This document shows positions 40,730-51,482 of a DNA stretch of 64,000 nt, piece by piece. The first letter of the stretch is position 1, and each line of letters opens with the position of its first letter. The stretch is from Obrimoposthia wandeli (Eukaryota): contig CDROCS010001143.1 of NCBI GenBank assembly GCA_977020255.1, positions 1-64,000 on the forward strand. The letters are read 5' to 3'. A program made the position numbers and the translations under genes. A model generated the notes under the pieces. That model made no database searches. It had not been told where the DNA came from and saw only the letters and a program-made list of their open reading frames with translations.

Positions 40730-41776
40730 ATGATAATCAAGAAAGGTAACTACCAAAACCTACTTCCTCAGAAAGAACCTCCTAAGAATACCACTGTGGC
40801 CTTAAAAGTAGGTATCGTATTACCGCCAAATTTTACCTTAATGTCACTGTCTTGCTTCGTTGAGTTTTTACGTCTAGCTTCCGATGAGCAAGATTTTAGT
40901 CGTCAAATATATTGTAGTTGGTCTTTGTTGTCTCATGACTATCAGCCAATCAGCGCGAGCTGTGGATTCTCTGTTCAACCTACTGCTCTATTTGATGACA
41001 AGGATGTTGAGTATGACTATATCATCGTTCATGGAGGTACTTTACATTCAAATAGAGATATTCCTTTAGCGCTATATCAGTTTGTCGACAGCCAATATCG
41101 AAAGAGCGTGCCGATTGCAGGTTTATGTACCGGCCCCTTTATTTTAGCAGAAATGGGGTTGATGGATCAGCGACAATGCGCCGTACACTTCTCCCTTGAG
41201 CAGATAATGCGTGAGCAATTTCCCGATGTTATCCCTGTCACTGATGAGCCCATCGTTCAAGATGGTCCTTTTATTACTTGCTCTGGCGGATTATCTTCGT
41301 TAAATCTCGCTGCAAAACTAGTCAGTGATTATTGTGGTCAAATTCGAGCCAATAAATCACTCCACTATTTTATGGCAGATCCTAGTGTCATAGAACATAA
41401 AAAAAGTATTCATAATATCAATGATACCAGTTTGGATTGTATCGATCGGCGCGTAAAAAAGGCAGCGAGTCTAATGCACCAGCAACTAGGTGGAGATGAT
41501 AACCTTCTCACAATTGCCAATGCCGTGGGTATCAGTGAAAGAGAGTTAGGCCGATTATTCAAACAATATCTGCAAAAAACGCCTGCACAATACTGGCGAG
41601 AAATACGTTTGCAAAGTGCTCATTGGTTGGTTATCAACTCTGACCGCTCTATCGCTCAAATAGCCTATGAATTTGGTTTTACTGATAGCTCACATTTAAT
41701 TCTCTGGTTTAAACGCCGTTTTGGCGAAACGCCGAGTCGATTACGTAAACAGCGTAACCAAATAGGCATGCTTTAA
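40730..41776 (+). CDS. GlxA-family AraC regulator
   Basis: FTLMSLSCFVEFLR, GLCTG, AVHF, IAYEFGFTDSSHL...FKRRFGETPS. Confidence 0.9.
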   Translation: MIIKKGNYQNLLPQKEPPKNTTVALKVGIVLPPNFTLMSLSCFVEFLRLASDEQDFSRQIYCSWSLLSHDYQPISASCGFSVQPTALFDDKDVEYDYIIVHGGTLHSNRDIPLALYQFVDSQYRKSVPIAGLCTGPFILAEMGLMDQRQCAVHFSLEQIMREQFPDVIPVTDEPIVQDGPFITCSGGLSSLNLAAKLVSDYCGQIRANKSLHYFMADPSVIEHKKSIHNINDTSLDCIDRRVKKAASLMHQQLGGDDNLLTIANAVGISERELGRLFKQYLQKTPAQYWREIRLQSAHWLVINSDRSIAQIAYEFGFTDSSHLILWFKRRFGETPSRLRKQRNQIGML

Positions 41777-41787
41777 ATAAGTAGCTA

Positions 41788-42750
41788 CTATTGTACCGCT
41801 TGTGCAATGTAATGTGCCGCCATTAGATCTAGATGCGGACCGCCGCTGTTTTTAAACAACGTTATTTGTGAGTCATGTTGGCGGCCGGGATGCTCTTTGT
41901 GACATAGCTGATATAAATCTGCAACGATATGGGATTCATCTATAACGCCATTACTTATAGGGCTACAAAGATCACCACAGCCAGTAATTGTTAGTGCTCG
42001 TGTGTCTACGCAAACGGTTGCACGCTGTATTAGTTCATCGTCTGACTCGCGCATTTGAGGTGTATAAGCGCCCACAAGATCAATATGCGTACCTGCTCTT
42101 ACCCAAGCGCCTTTGACTAAAGGTTCTCTGGCAGAAGTTGCACAAACTATAATATCGCCCTTGCCGACAGCTGTTTGTAGATCTGCTTCCTGATGAACTT
42201 GCATCGTAGAAAATGTTTTATCTGCTGATAATCTTTGTACCATGTCAGCTGCTTTGGCTGGTGTTCTATTCCAGATAAAAAAACGTTTAAGGCTAGGAAA
42301 CATGAATCGATATGCATGAGCAAATTGATAAGCTATTGGGCCACTACCCACGATTAATATATTTTCAGCGTCTTTTCGAGCGAGGAACGAAGCTGCTAGC
42401 ATCGAATCTGCTGCTGTTTTCAGCCGGGTGAGTGCATCACTTTGCAAAGCAACTTTGGGTACGCCAGTATTCGGATCAAACAGGATGTATAACCCATTTT
42501 CATTTGCAAGTTCAGGGCTCTTAGCTGCGTTAGCTGGGAAAATAGCGGTTAATTTAACCCCTAATGCTTGGCCACTTTGCCACGCGGGAGATATGAGTAA
42601 CTGATTTTCAGGGGCGCTAGTGATTATTGGATCCACCAGCAAACTGCGCTCACTATACGCCTTCGCTAAGGAATGGCCTTGTCGCAATGCTTCAGTTAGT
42701 TCGTGGATATTAACTTTAGCCGTAATATCATCATTCGAGATAAACTTCAT
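41788..42750 (-). CDS. Ornithine cyclodeaminase family, probable Delta1-pyrroline-2-carboxylate reductase
   Basis: PAWQ..LGVK, LTRLKTAADSMLA, GTHIDLVGAY..MRE, FKNSGG; adjacent to the hydroxyproline dehydratase-like gene. Confidence 0.78.
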   Translation of the reverse strand: MKFISNDDITAKVNIHELTEALRQGHSLAKAYSERSLLVDPIITSAPENQLLISPAWQSGQALGVKLTAIFPANAAKSPELANENGLYILFDPNTGVPKVALQSDALTRLKTAADSMLAASFLARKDAENILIVGSGPIAYQFAHAYRFMFPSLKRFFIWNRTPAKAADMVQRLSADKTFSTMQVHQEADLQTAVGKGDIIVCATSAREPLVKGAWVRAGTHIDLVGAYTPQMRESDDELIQRATVCVDTRALTITGCGDLCSPISNGVIDESHIVADLYQLCHKEHPGRQHDSQITLFKNSGGPHLDLMAAHYIAQAVQ

Positions 42751-42765
42751 ATTTTAATCCCTAAA

Positions 42766-42796
42766 AAATGAAACCTTGCTCTACAAGGTTTCATTT
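42766..42796 (-). terminator. Perfect 13-bp hairpin between the enolase-family and OCD-family genes
   Basis: aaatgaaaccttg-ctcta-caaggtttcattt with a T run on the minus strand. Confidence 0.6.
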
Positions 42797-42818
42797 AACA
42801 TCTATTACACAGCTTTAT

Positions 42819-43919
42819 TTAGCTAATTGAAAACAGCGGTTCACCTAAAGCACTCATAATTGGAATGACACCTAGTCCAGGTTGATCTGAGGCAACCATG
42901 CAGCCATTACTAATTGCAGGACCTCCTTCAGCAATCTTCAAACTATGGTACTCATGGAAAGGAGATGATTGGAAATGAAAACCGTTCGGTGTGGAATGAC
43001 CCATATGAGCAATAGCCGATGTTGCTATTTCACCACCCCAAGTATCTTCGATAGTCAGAACAATACCTAATGAAACGCACAGGTCTCTGAATTGGCGAGC
43101 ACGGGTTAAACCACCGATTCTGCTTATCTTAAGGTTAACCAAATCCATCGCATGATCCTGATAGCCACGTAACAGCATCGCTAAGCTGTCCATGCATTCA
43201 TCAAGAATCATTGGTTTGTTGGTATGCTGGCGCACGGTCAAGCATTCTTCATAAGATAGGCATGGCTGCTCTAGGTAGATGTCGATATCTTTCACAGCAT
43301 CAGCAACGCGCATCGCTTCATGTAAGCGCCACCCTGTATTTGCATCTGCTGCAAGCGTTTGATCGGCCTTGAGCTGTGCTGCCACTGCATTAATACGTGC
43401 AATATCGAGAGCAGGTGCGTCACCCACTTTCATTTGAAATTGCGTGAAGCCTTGCTCTGTATATTCAATTAACTTATCTGTCATTGCTTGTGGCTCTGCA
43501 CGGCTAATGACCTTGAAAAGTTGTACTTCGTCTTGAAATTTACCCCCTAGCAACGTATAAACAGGCTGATTTAAAGCTTTGCCCAGAATATCCCAGCAAG
43601 CCATATCTATGGCTGATTTTACATAAGGGTGGCCTTTAAGTAGCCTATCCATGGTGAAGTTCAGTTTATCTAATTCCATCGGGTTTTCACCGATAAGATT
43701 TTCTGCCAAGGTAGCAATACCTGTGCGAGCGCCTTGAGCGTAAGCAGGTAAGTAGGAAGGGCCCAGTGGACACACTTCACCGATACCGCTAATGCCTTCA
43801 TCTGTTTCAATAATAATAACTGTACTATCAAAACTACTGAAAGTTTGTCCAGACCAGCTATACGATCCTTCTTTAAGAGGTAAGTCTACTTGGTATGCAG
43901 TAATACGCGTAATTTTCAT
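42819..43919 (-). CDS. Enolase-superfamily (MLE subgroup) enzyme, cis-3-hydroxy-L-proline dehydratase-like
   Basis: VDLPLKEGSYSWS, CPLGPSYLPAY, GHPYVKSAID, QMKVG, ADANTGW, LEQPC, LDE, NLKIS, IEDTWGG follow the characterised c3LHyp dehydratase as recalled. Confidence 0.8.
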   Translation of the reverse strand: MKITRITAYQVDLPLKEGSYSWSGQTFSSFDSTVIIIETDEGISGIGEVCPLGPSYLPAYAQGARTGIATLAENLIGENPMELDKLNFTMDRLLKGHPYVKSAIDMACWDILGKALNQPVYTLLGGKFQDEVQLFKVISRAEPQAMTDKLIEYTEQGFTQFQMKVGDAPALDIARINAVAAQLKADQTLAADANTGWRLHEAMRVADAVKDIDIYLEQPCLSYEECLTVRQHTNKPMILDECMDSLAMLLRGYQDHAMDLVNLKISRIGGLTRARQFRDLCVSLGIVLTIEDTWGGEIATSAIAHMGHSTPNGFHFQSSPFHEYHSLKIAEGGPAISNGCMVASDQPGLGVIPIMSALGEPLFSIS

Positions 43920-44245
43920 TTATAACTCCTTTCAATTTGTAGCGCTTATCAGTGCAGTAATACTGCTGAAAAACGGTTTAAATAACCTTGTGCGTACTGG
44001 GCACATAGGTGCTTAATTTCAGTCATCTTATTCTGAAATCAAAAATCTTAATAGTATATAAAAGACAATTTATAGTATAAAAATAACTGAGGTTTACTAA
44101 ATCTCACATTTATTTAATGGCGAATAAACGGCTTAGACTGTTATCTTCATTTTGTATAAAGAGACCATCGCCGAATGAATGTCTGGTTTCAAAGCTTCTA
44201 GATTTATTGGTGACAGTTACTTTTGTAACTTCGCCATTTAGTTAT

Positions 44246-44578
44246 TTAATTACCCGCGTTATAACGAAACATCCATAAACATACTATTCCACCAATTACT
44301 GGCCAAAATACGCTGCTGCTATATTTCGCAATTAAAATAGTAACGACCGCAGCCGCTATTTGCTGGTAACTAAAAAAAGGTGATGCTAGTTTCTGATCAA
44401 ATAAAACAGCGGGAATGCATAATGCAGCTAATATCGCGGGTGGCATTATCATCAAAACGTGTTTAGCGCGTTGAGTGAACGCGTTGGCATTACCTTGCAG
44501 CTGGATGAAAGAAAGACGCACTAAAAAAGTACCTAAGCCAATCGCCAAAAACAGCAGCCAGAGTTGCATATTCGTCAC
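44246..44578 (-). CDS. AzlD-family membrane protein
   Basis: LGTFLVRLSF, PPAILAAL; directly follows azlC. Confidence 0.8.
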   Translation of the reverse strand: MTNMQLWLLFLAIGLGTFLVRLSFIQLQGNANAFTQRAKHVLMIMPPAILAALCIPAVLFDQKLASPFFSYQQIAAAVVTILIAKYSSSVFWPVIGGIVCLWMFRYNAGN

Positions 44579-45286
44579 TTAATTAGCCCCACGAACAGGT
44601 ATAAAATGCGAGAACATTAATCCACCTAATACACCTGAGGTCACCGCTACGATAAAGCCGAGGTTATAGGGCAAAAACTGTGCAACAGCTGCACAACTGC
44701 CGGATATTAATGCCACTATAAACAGCTGACGGTTACTGATCGTTGATACGAGCATCGCTAGAAATGCGAGAGGGATAGTAAATTCCAATGACAAGTATTC
44801 TGGAATTCGCACGCCAATAATTGTTCCTGCGATAACGGATACAACCCAAATAAACCATTGATTGGAGGCCGCTCCGACGTAATACCACAACCTTTGGATT
44901 CGGTTTTGCTTCATTTTTTCTGGCATCGAACTGAGCGCGTAAGCTTGATCTGACAAAAGATATGCCAATGGGAACCGGTAACGTTTCGCCAGCGGTGATA
45001 TCAATGGAGATAGGGCCATACTATAAATAGCAAAACGTAAATTAATCACAATTGAAGTAAGGAATATCATGAAAAACGCAGCGTTATCTTGAATCAACTG
45101 ATAAGTAATCAACTGAGCAGAGCCTGCGTAAAACAGTATCGTCATTGCTATCACTTGCTCTGTTGGCATTCCTAGAGCCACGCCATTAGCGCCAGTAATC
45201 AAACCAAAAGGAACAACACCTGAAGCGAGAGGAAGTAAATCTTTAGCGCCTTGCCAAAATTGCTGTCGCGCAATACTAAAATCCAT
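44579..45286 (-). CDS. AzlC-family amino-acid exporter
   Basis: GVVPFGLITG, YAGSAQ, INLRFAIYS, LSDQAYA. Confidence 0.88.
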   Translation of the reverse strand: MDFSIARQQFWQGAKDLLPLASGVVPFGLITGANGVALGMPTEQVIAMTILFYAGSAQLITYQLIQDNAAFFMIFLTSIVINLRFAIYSMALSPLISPLAKRYRFPLAYLLSDQAYALSSMPEKMKQNRIQRLWYYVGAASNQWFIWVVSVIAGTIIGVRIPEYLSLEFTIPLAFLAMLVSTISNRQLFIVALISGSCAAVAQFLPYNLGFIVAVTSGVLGGLMFSHFIPVRGAN

Positions 45287-45352
45287 AGCGGGTTACCTTA
45301 GATACAACTAGCGCGAGTAAAGTATTACTAGTCGTATCTATCATGATGTTTA

Positions 45353-46651
45353 TCAGTTTATATAACCAAACAAACGAGGTAAGTAGAGCGCCATCGGTGG
45401 CCAGTAAGTGGTGATAAGCATGACGGGAAGTGCTGCGAATACCATAAAGCCCATAGCAGGACGCATGACTTGCGACATCCCTACGCGACCAATTCTACAA
45501 GTCATAAACAAAATGGGAGCCATCGGTGGGCTGTTGCAACCAATCACTACACTTGTACCAACAATGGCTGCAAAATGTACTGGATCAATACCGATATTAA
45601 CCATCACAGGTAATAGCAGTGGACTAATGATCGCGACAACACTGATGTCATCCATGATCATCCCAAGCAGGATCAGAAATACATTCACTACCAACAAGAT
45701 AATTAATTTGCTTTGAAACAAATCCATTAATAGCTCTGTGAGTTCCTGTGGTACTCGCTCGAAAGTAAAAATTCGACTAGCCACAAAAGAAAATAACAAG
45801 ATGATCATAATCACACCGGTCGTCGTTGCAGCTTCGACAAGGCAGTGAAAAATTTTCTTATAATCTAGCTCTTTATAAACATATAAACCAATGGGAATTG
45901 CATAGATTACGGCAACAGCTGCGGCTTCTGTCGGTGTGAAAACACCACCATAGATACCCCCTAGAATAATGATTGGCATCATCAGCGCTGGTAAAGCTTT
46001 CCAAGCATTGCTACTGATAGCATCAGCGCGCTCTCTAAAAGTCATGATCTTTGCTGTTGCATCTGGATTATTGCGCATTTTTATCCAGTTGATAAAACAG
46101 AGTAAGAAAATTAGCAGTATCCCAGGGCCGATAGTGGCCAAAAAACAAGCAGCTACAGATTGTCGTGTCACTACAGCGTACAAAATCATGGTAATACTGG
46201 GGGGGATTAATAACCCCAATAAGGAAGAAATCCCTAACAGTGCGCTGGTATATTCCCGTTTATAACCATGCCTTTCCATGGGGTCAATCATGATTGTACC
46301 AATAGAGGCAACAGCCGCTGAAGCGGTGCCTGATATAGCACCAAAGATGCCGCAAGCGACAACCATTGAAGAGCCCATTCCTGTACGAGAGCCTCCAACT
46401 AACACTTCAACGAAAGAAACGAGGCGCGCAGCCATACCGCCTGCCTGCATTAAATAACCGGTCATAATAAATAGCGGCAAGGCAATCAGAATAATAGAGT
46501 TTAAAGACCAAAATCCGGTCGTCATCAGTGAAGAGATATCAACGTCGTAAGCGACAGAAAGTACTAGTGTCATCGCTGCAAACGAAAAAACTACCGGTAC
46601 CCCGATCATCATTAGTACAACAACCGCTACAATTGCAAAAATAGCACCCAT
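45353..46651 (-). CDS. TRAP large permease (DctM)
   Basis: ALPLFIMTG, GAISGTAS, GLLIPPS, GVFTPTEAAA. Confidence 0.92.
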   Translation of the reverse strand: MGAIFAIVAVVVLMMIGVPVVFSFAAMTLVLSVAYDVDISSLMTTGFWSLNSIILIALPLFIMTGYLMQAGGMAARLVSFVEVLVGGSRTGMGSSMVVACGIFGAISGTASAAVASIGTIMIDPMERHGYKREYTSALLGISSLLGLLIPPSITMILYAVVTRQSVAACFLATIGPGILLIFLLCFINWIKMRNNPDATAKIMTFRERADAISSNAWKALPALMMPIIILGGIYGGVFTPTEAAAVAVIYAIPIGLYVYKELDYKKIFHCLVEAATTTGVIMIILLFSFVASRIFTFERVPQELTELLMDLFQSKLIILLVVNVFLILLGMIMDDISVVAIISPLLLPVMVNIGIDPVHFAAIVGTSVVIGCNSPPMAPILFMTCRIGRVGMSQVMRPAMGFMVFAALPVMLITTYWPPMALYLPRLFGYIN

Positions 46652-46659
46652 ATTAAAAC

Positions 46660-47184
46660 CTATTTATCTTTGAGATTAGAAGCAGGAGTCATGTACTGGA
46701 TGAAATCATTCAGCAAATCTCGGCTCAAATAGAAAACCAGTAAAATACTGGCAACAAATAAACTACCTTGAGAAATGTACCAAGGTAACTGAAAAACAGT
46801 GGTGGTTTGGCCTTTCTTCACTCCCCATAACACTAAGTCAAAGCTCCAAGTAACAAACATGACAGCCATAATCAATGAGATAACGGTCGCGAATAAACGC
46901 ATTAAATTAATCACTTTTAGGTTAGAACATATTACCTGTATGAAATCGGCACTGAGGTGAGTACGTTCACGAGAAGCTAATACTGCGCCAAGCATATAGA
47001 GCCACATTGCGCCCATTAACGCTAACTCTTCCAAACCGAATATCGGAGCATCTAGTACAGTGCGGGTGAAAATCCCCAAAGTGAGCATAAAAGCAACCGC
47101 AAGGCTGATCATCACTACGATGGGTTTAATTATAAAAGAAATTATTTGGTCAATAGCGGCAAACAATCGAAGAAGTTTTTTCAT
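46660..47184 (-). CDS. TRAP small permease (DctQ)
   Basis: GLEELALMGAMWLYMLGA, HLSADF. Confidence 0.87.
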   Translation of the reverse strand: MKKLLRLFAAIDQIISFIIKPIVVMISLAVAFMLTLGIFTRTVLDAPIFGLEELALMGAMWLYMLGAVLASRERTHLSADFIQVICSNLKVINLMRLFATVISLIMAVMFVTWSFDLVLWGVKKGQTTTVFQLPWYISQGSLFVASILLVFYLSRDLLNDFIQYMTPASNLKDK

Positions 47185-47277
47185 AAAGATCTTAGCCCTT
47201 ATATCTTAAAGGGAGCACAGCAACTTACTATGTTTATAGCAAATCAACTCTACTCCTGACTCAATAAATACAGTGAT

Positions 47278-48309
47278 TTACTGAGGTGTTGAAGCGTTCT
47301 CGCGAACCTTATTCATTAACTCGTTACCTAGCGTTTCCTCTGCAATCGGCCATACTTCTGCACGTACACGCTTTACCCAAGCTAACATCTCTGCGGTATT
47401 AGGTACTATGTACTTCATCCCCGCTTCTTGAGCGGCCTTAATCCACTTGTCATCTTCAGCTTTTGCTGAAATGAACTGCTGATCAATAATTGTTTGTGCT
47501 GATTCCTCAATAATTTTGCGATCCTCAGCATCTAGGTCTTTCCACGTATCATCACTCATCAGAAGAGCATACGATGAAAAGTTATGTTTGGTGTGTACAA
47601 AGAAATCTAATTGATCACGGAAATATTCGTAATCCCAATAGATTACGTTGCTTGAATCCCCATCAACTACACCTGTTTGAATGGAGGTATAAACCTCGGC
47701 CCAATCGATAGGAACTGCCTGAAAGCCCATTGCTTTTAGTGTTTGTGGTAATGGGAAAACGGGCTGAGAGCGAACTTTAATGCCTTTAGCATCTTCGTAG
47801 TTGGTTGCGTAGCGTCCTTTCGTTGCAATACCGCCAAAGCCTTCTGGGTAAGGCCCGAAGTACTTCAATCCAATTTCAGCATAAACGGGAGTTAGGATGT
47901 TTTTGAGCCAACCTTCTTTGCCGTAAGCTTTAAGAGCGTCTTCCCAGCCCAAAGTTAAATATGGGATGTAATTAACCGCTAGGCGTTTGTCATAAGAAGT
48001 TTGTGGCCAAGTCACCATCATATCAATGTTGCCCTTGACTAGTTGGTCAAACATTTCCTGTTGACCGCCAAGTTCACCTTGATAAAAAATATTAACCTTC
48101 ATGCGACCATCTGATTCTTTCTTGATCAGATCAGCCCATTTTTGCATTGATTTACCTTGTGCTGAATCTCGATCACCAGATTCTAGAGCGAGTTTGAACT
48201 TATAACTGTTATCACTGGCGACTGCTTCTAGTGCACCCGTTAGGGTAACCGCTGCAGAAAGTGCCACGACTTGAGATGCTTTTAACATTTTTTTAGCTAG
48301 TATTTTCAT
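47278..48309 (-). CDS. TRAP substrate-binding protein (DctP family)
   Basis: Signal peptide, ELGGQQE, IKVRS, WAEVYTSIQTGVVDG. Confidence 0.9.
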   Translation of the reverse strand: MKILAKKMLKASQVVALSAAVTLTGALEAVASDNSYKFKLALESGDRDSAQGKSMQKWADLIKKESDGRMKVNIFYQGELGGQQEMFDQLVKGNIDMMVTWPQTSYDKRLAVNYIPYLTLGWEDALKAYGKEGWLKNILTPVYAEIGLKYFGPYPEGFGGIATKGRYATNYEDAKGIKVRSQPVFPLPQTLKAMGFQAVPIDWAEVYTSIQTGVVDGDSSNVIYWDYEYFRDQLDFFVHTKHNFSSYALLMSDDTWKDLDAEDRKIIEESAQTIIDQQFISAKAEDDKWIKAAQEAGMKYIVPNTAEMLAWVKRVRAEVWPIAEETLGNELMNKVRENASTPQ

Positions 48310-48549
48310 ACAACATTTCCTGTTTTATTTTTTTAATTTGTTGAGTACGAATCATCTGTAAATGGAACTACATCTAATTCATTCTTAAATCAACAGAGAA
48401 AACTTTTCTTTTTAAACGTCACTTAGTATAAAAACATTCAGCTGATATCGTCCAATGATAAAATTGTCATACATTCCATAACTTCTAGTTATTGAAAATC
48501 AGATAAGACAACATTCTTTAACCACATAATTTCTTAATAAATATAAAAC

Positions 48550-49440
48550 GAGACCTTTGCATATATGGCCATTTTGTTCCCTTTTTTCATTTTTTAGACG
48601 TAATAACCCCGTTGGATATGACTCCCTCGTTTTAAATTGTAAGCAGAAGCCATAAGCGCAACACGCATTTGGTTGCGATCAATGCCCACGTAGCGTGCTT
48701 TGCTCATTGCATAATGTTGTTTTAGAACACCAAAGACACGCTCAACAGTACAGCGAACGCCAGCATATAAACGGTTAAAGTCTTTATCTTTTTTAGTGAG
48801 AGGCTTATTTCGATAAGCTCTTTTTATAATCCGCTCATCTATTTTTTTATCTTTCAAATACTCACTGTGCTTGTTGCTTGCATAAGCGCTATCGGCATAT
48901 GCTGCAGATTCGTTACCCGATAATAATGATGTGAAATGGTTTGAATCGTGACTATTCCCAGCACTAAACTGCATTGCTTTTATGAAGCCGTCTTCATCAA
49001 CATTTATATGCGCTTTATACCCATAAGTGCTTTTTTTCTTTCCGTCAGAGCCGCTTTTCACATTCCAAGCCGCTCCAGGATCTTGCGTGGAATTCCCATT
49101 CTTGTCTTTGTTTGAGCAACTATTTTTCGCTTCTATTACGCTCGCATCAATAATACTGACTTCACTTGTCTGTATATAAAGCCCCTGCTCAGCGAGCAGG
49201 ATGTTCAAAACAGACAGTAATGAGTTCATTAAATTATCTTTAGCTAGCTTTTGTCTGAAGCGCCAAATAGTACTGTGGTCAGGTACTGGTTCTGATATAT
49301 CTAAGCCTGTGAAACGCCTAAACAGTAAATCGCGTGCCCATTGTTTTTCAAGCCCTTCGTCACTGAGCTTATACCAGCTTTGTAACAATAGCGCGCGAAA
49401 CATCATAATGGGTGGCCAAGCTCTATTGCCGCGTGGAGAG
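48550..49440 (-). mobile_element. 5'-truncated IS5-family element
   Basis: End gagacctttgcata at 48550-48563; transposase ORF 48594-49406 (IIDASVI, YADSAY, VERVFG) lacks its N-terminus. Confidence 0.82.
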
Positions 49441-49449
49441 GCAGTAAAT

Positions 49450-50210
49450 AATCCACCTTCTTAGAAGATGGTTTTGCCTTTAACTCCCTGGAAGGGGGCG
49501 ATGTTTGCCTTCTTAGAAGACAAACTGGTTATCCCGTGATTCTATTAAAAATCTAGTTGCTCTTGACGCTTTTCAAGCTTTTCTTGATGCTTCACATATT
49601 TTCTAATCATTTAAGAATTCAAGCTTACTGTGTCTACACAATAACCTTTAGCCCAAAAGTGATTCCCCAATAAGGCCGCTTTTTCAAATGCGGAAACCGT
49701 TTAAAAACTCTAATTGCAGTCCTGCCCTTTAAAACTCCCATCAAGCTTGAGATTGATTGCTTAGGGGGGCACTTTAATTAACAAATGAACATGACCTGGT
49801 TGCACATTTATTTCTGTAATCTCTCATTTTAATCGACTACTATAAACTTGAATACATTCATAAACTTCTTGTCTAACTGCTCCTGTTAAAACTCTATACC
49901 TATATTTTGGTACCCAAACTATATAGTATTCACAATGCCATAAAACGTGCGATAATTTTTTAAATCTACTCATGGTAGTTTCCTTAATCAGTTATGGGGA
50001 TAACCAGTTAAGTTAATACCATGGGTAGAATCTACAGGCAGAGCCTTTCGACGATGACCACGTCCTCAGGACGCGGTTTTAGATTATTAATAAAAATCAT
50101 TAAAAATAAATGTTGGCTTTGGGTTAAGTCTAAGTCATATATAAGTATTGAAGGGCAAGCCTTCTCGCTTAAGCTCGCCTTCACTTCGTGAAGAGGGGTA
50201 CTTCTAGTTA
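49450..50210 (-). mobile_element. IS200 element with pseudogenised tnpA (49545-49973)
   Basis: Manual translation MSRFKKLSHVLWHCEYYIVWVPKYRYRVL...*EITEINVQPGHVHLL...YWG/HFWAKGYCVDTV..*MIRKYVKHQE; subterminal hairpins (ccttcttagaagatgg, accacgtcctcaggacgcggt, cttcacttcgtgaag); boundaries approximate. Confidence 0.85.
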
Positions 50211-50521
50211 AATAGGCTTTTAACAAGTTCACGCCCCAAGGGAAGGGGAATTTACCCTCGATGATTTAGGCTCTGCCTAATTCATCTCTATTAAAACAGA
50301 AGCCATATAAGGTTCTACAATTGTAAGTGGAGTCACTCGGCTATTGATCAACACAAAAATACAATGAACTAAAAAAAGGCTGATCCCCCTATTTTAATTG
50401 ACCATTACATAAAATGTAATCATTAACATATAAGGTAAAATTCACGGTGGAAATCAATATTCTCATTATTAAGCTCTTTGTAATAGAGCCGAAAAAGCCT
50501 CTATTACACTAAGTTTCTCGT

Positions 50522-51193
50522 TTATTCACTACTTTGAGGATCTCTTAACTTTACCAGTAATGCTACCAGCTTCCCCCTAGATGAAACCTCCAGCAGTTTG
50601 AAAATAGCGGAGATATGCGTTTTAACGGTGCTTTCAGTACAGGCAAGCTCTGATCCAATCTCTTTATTTGAAAGGCCTTCTTCCAATAATTGTAATACTT
50701 CAATTTGTCGTGGGGTCAGTTTATTGATCAGTTCATCAAGATCGCTTTGAGAAGCACTACTCACCTCTTTACTAGTTTGCAAGCCTAAATAAAATGAAGG
50801 GACGTAAATGTCACCACTGAGAACTAATCTAATTGCGCTTAGAAAAATCTCTGCGCTTGAGGCTTTAGTAATATATCCATCTACTCCAGCTTCTAGTGCT
50901 TCATGTACCAGCGATCTATCAGTAATTGCAGATACCAGTACCACTGGGCTTTCTGGAAACTGCTGTTTTATTCTATTTAAACCCTTAAGCCCTTGGCTAT
51001 CCGGTAACACAACATCCAGTAGCACAATATCCATCGGCCCTGACTGCGCTAAAGTCACTAGTACTTCTTCAATTGTGCCAGCTTCATAAATATCTACACT
51101 GTGATTAAGCTTACTCATTAAACCACTAATGCCTTTGCGGACGAGTTCATGATCATCAACAACGAGTATTTTTATCGTTCGCTCTGCAAACAT
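50522..51193 (-). CDS. NarL/LuxR-family response regulator
   Basis: VVDDH, LLDV, LTPRQIEVL..LSNKEIG..TVKTHIS. Confidence 0.92.
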   Translation of the reverse strand: MFAERTIKILVVDDHELVRKGISGLMSKLNHSVDIYEAGTIEEVLVTLAQSGPMDIVLLDVVLPDSQGLKGLNRIKQQFPESPVVLVSAITDRSLVHEALEAGVDGYITKASSAEIFLSAIRLVLSGDIYVPSFYLGLQTSKEVSSASQSDLDELINKLTPRQIEVLQLLEEGLSNKEIGSELACTESTVKTHISAIFKLLEVSSRGKLVALLVKLRDPQSSE

Positions 51194-51482
51194 AAAGATG
51201 ATTTACCCCAAATAAAATAATGACACTGTACCAGCGAGTATTTCGCCATTAGACAATAAAGTATGTCAGGATTTTTAGCTGTAAAAGAAGAAGTTTTCAT
51301 CCACTTTGCAGGTAATTAATAACCCCAAAGTGTGATACGCCTATTGTAATCCATTCAGCTATACAGCGCCTTAATAAGCGATAAATGCCATAACACTTTC
51401 ACACATATGCTTGTATAAAAGTGTTACATCCATCATTTCAGCTATTATTTTTACTAGGATAATAAAAATATGCGCAGATAAA

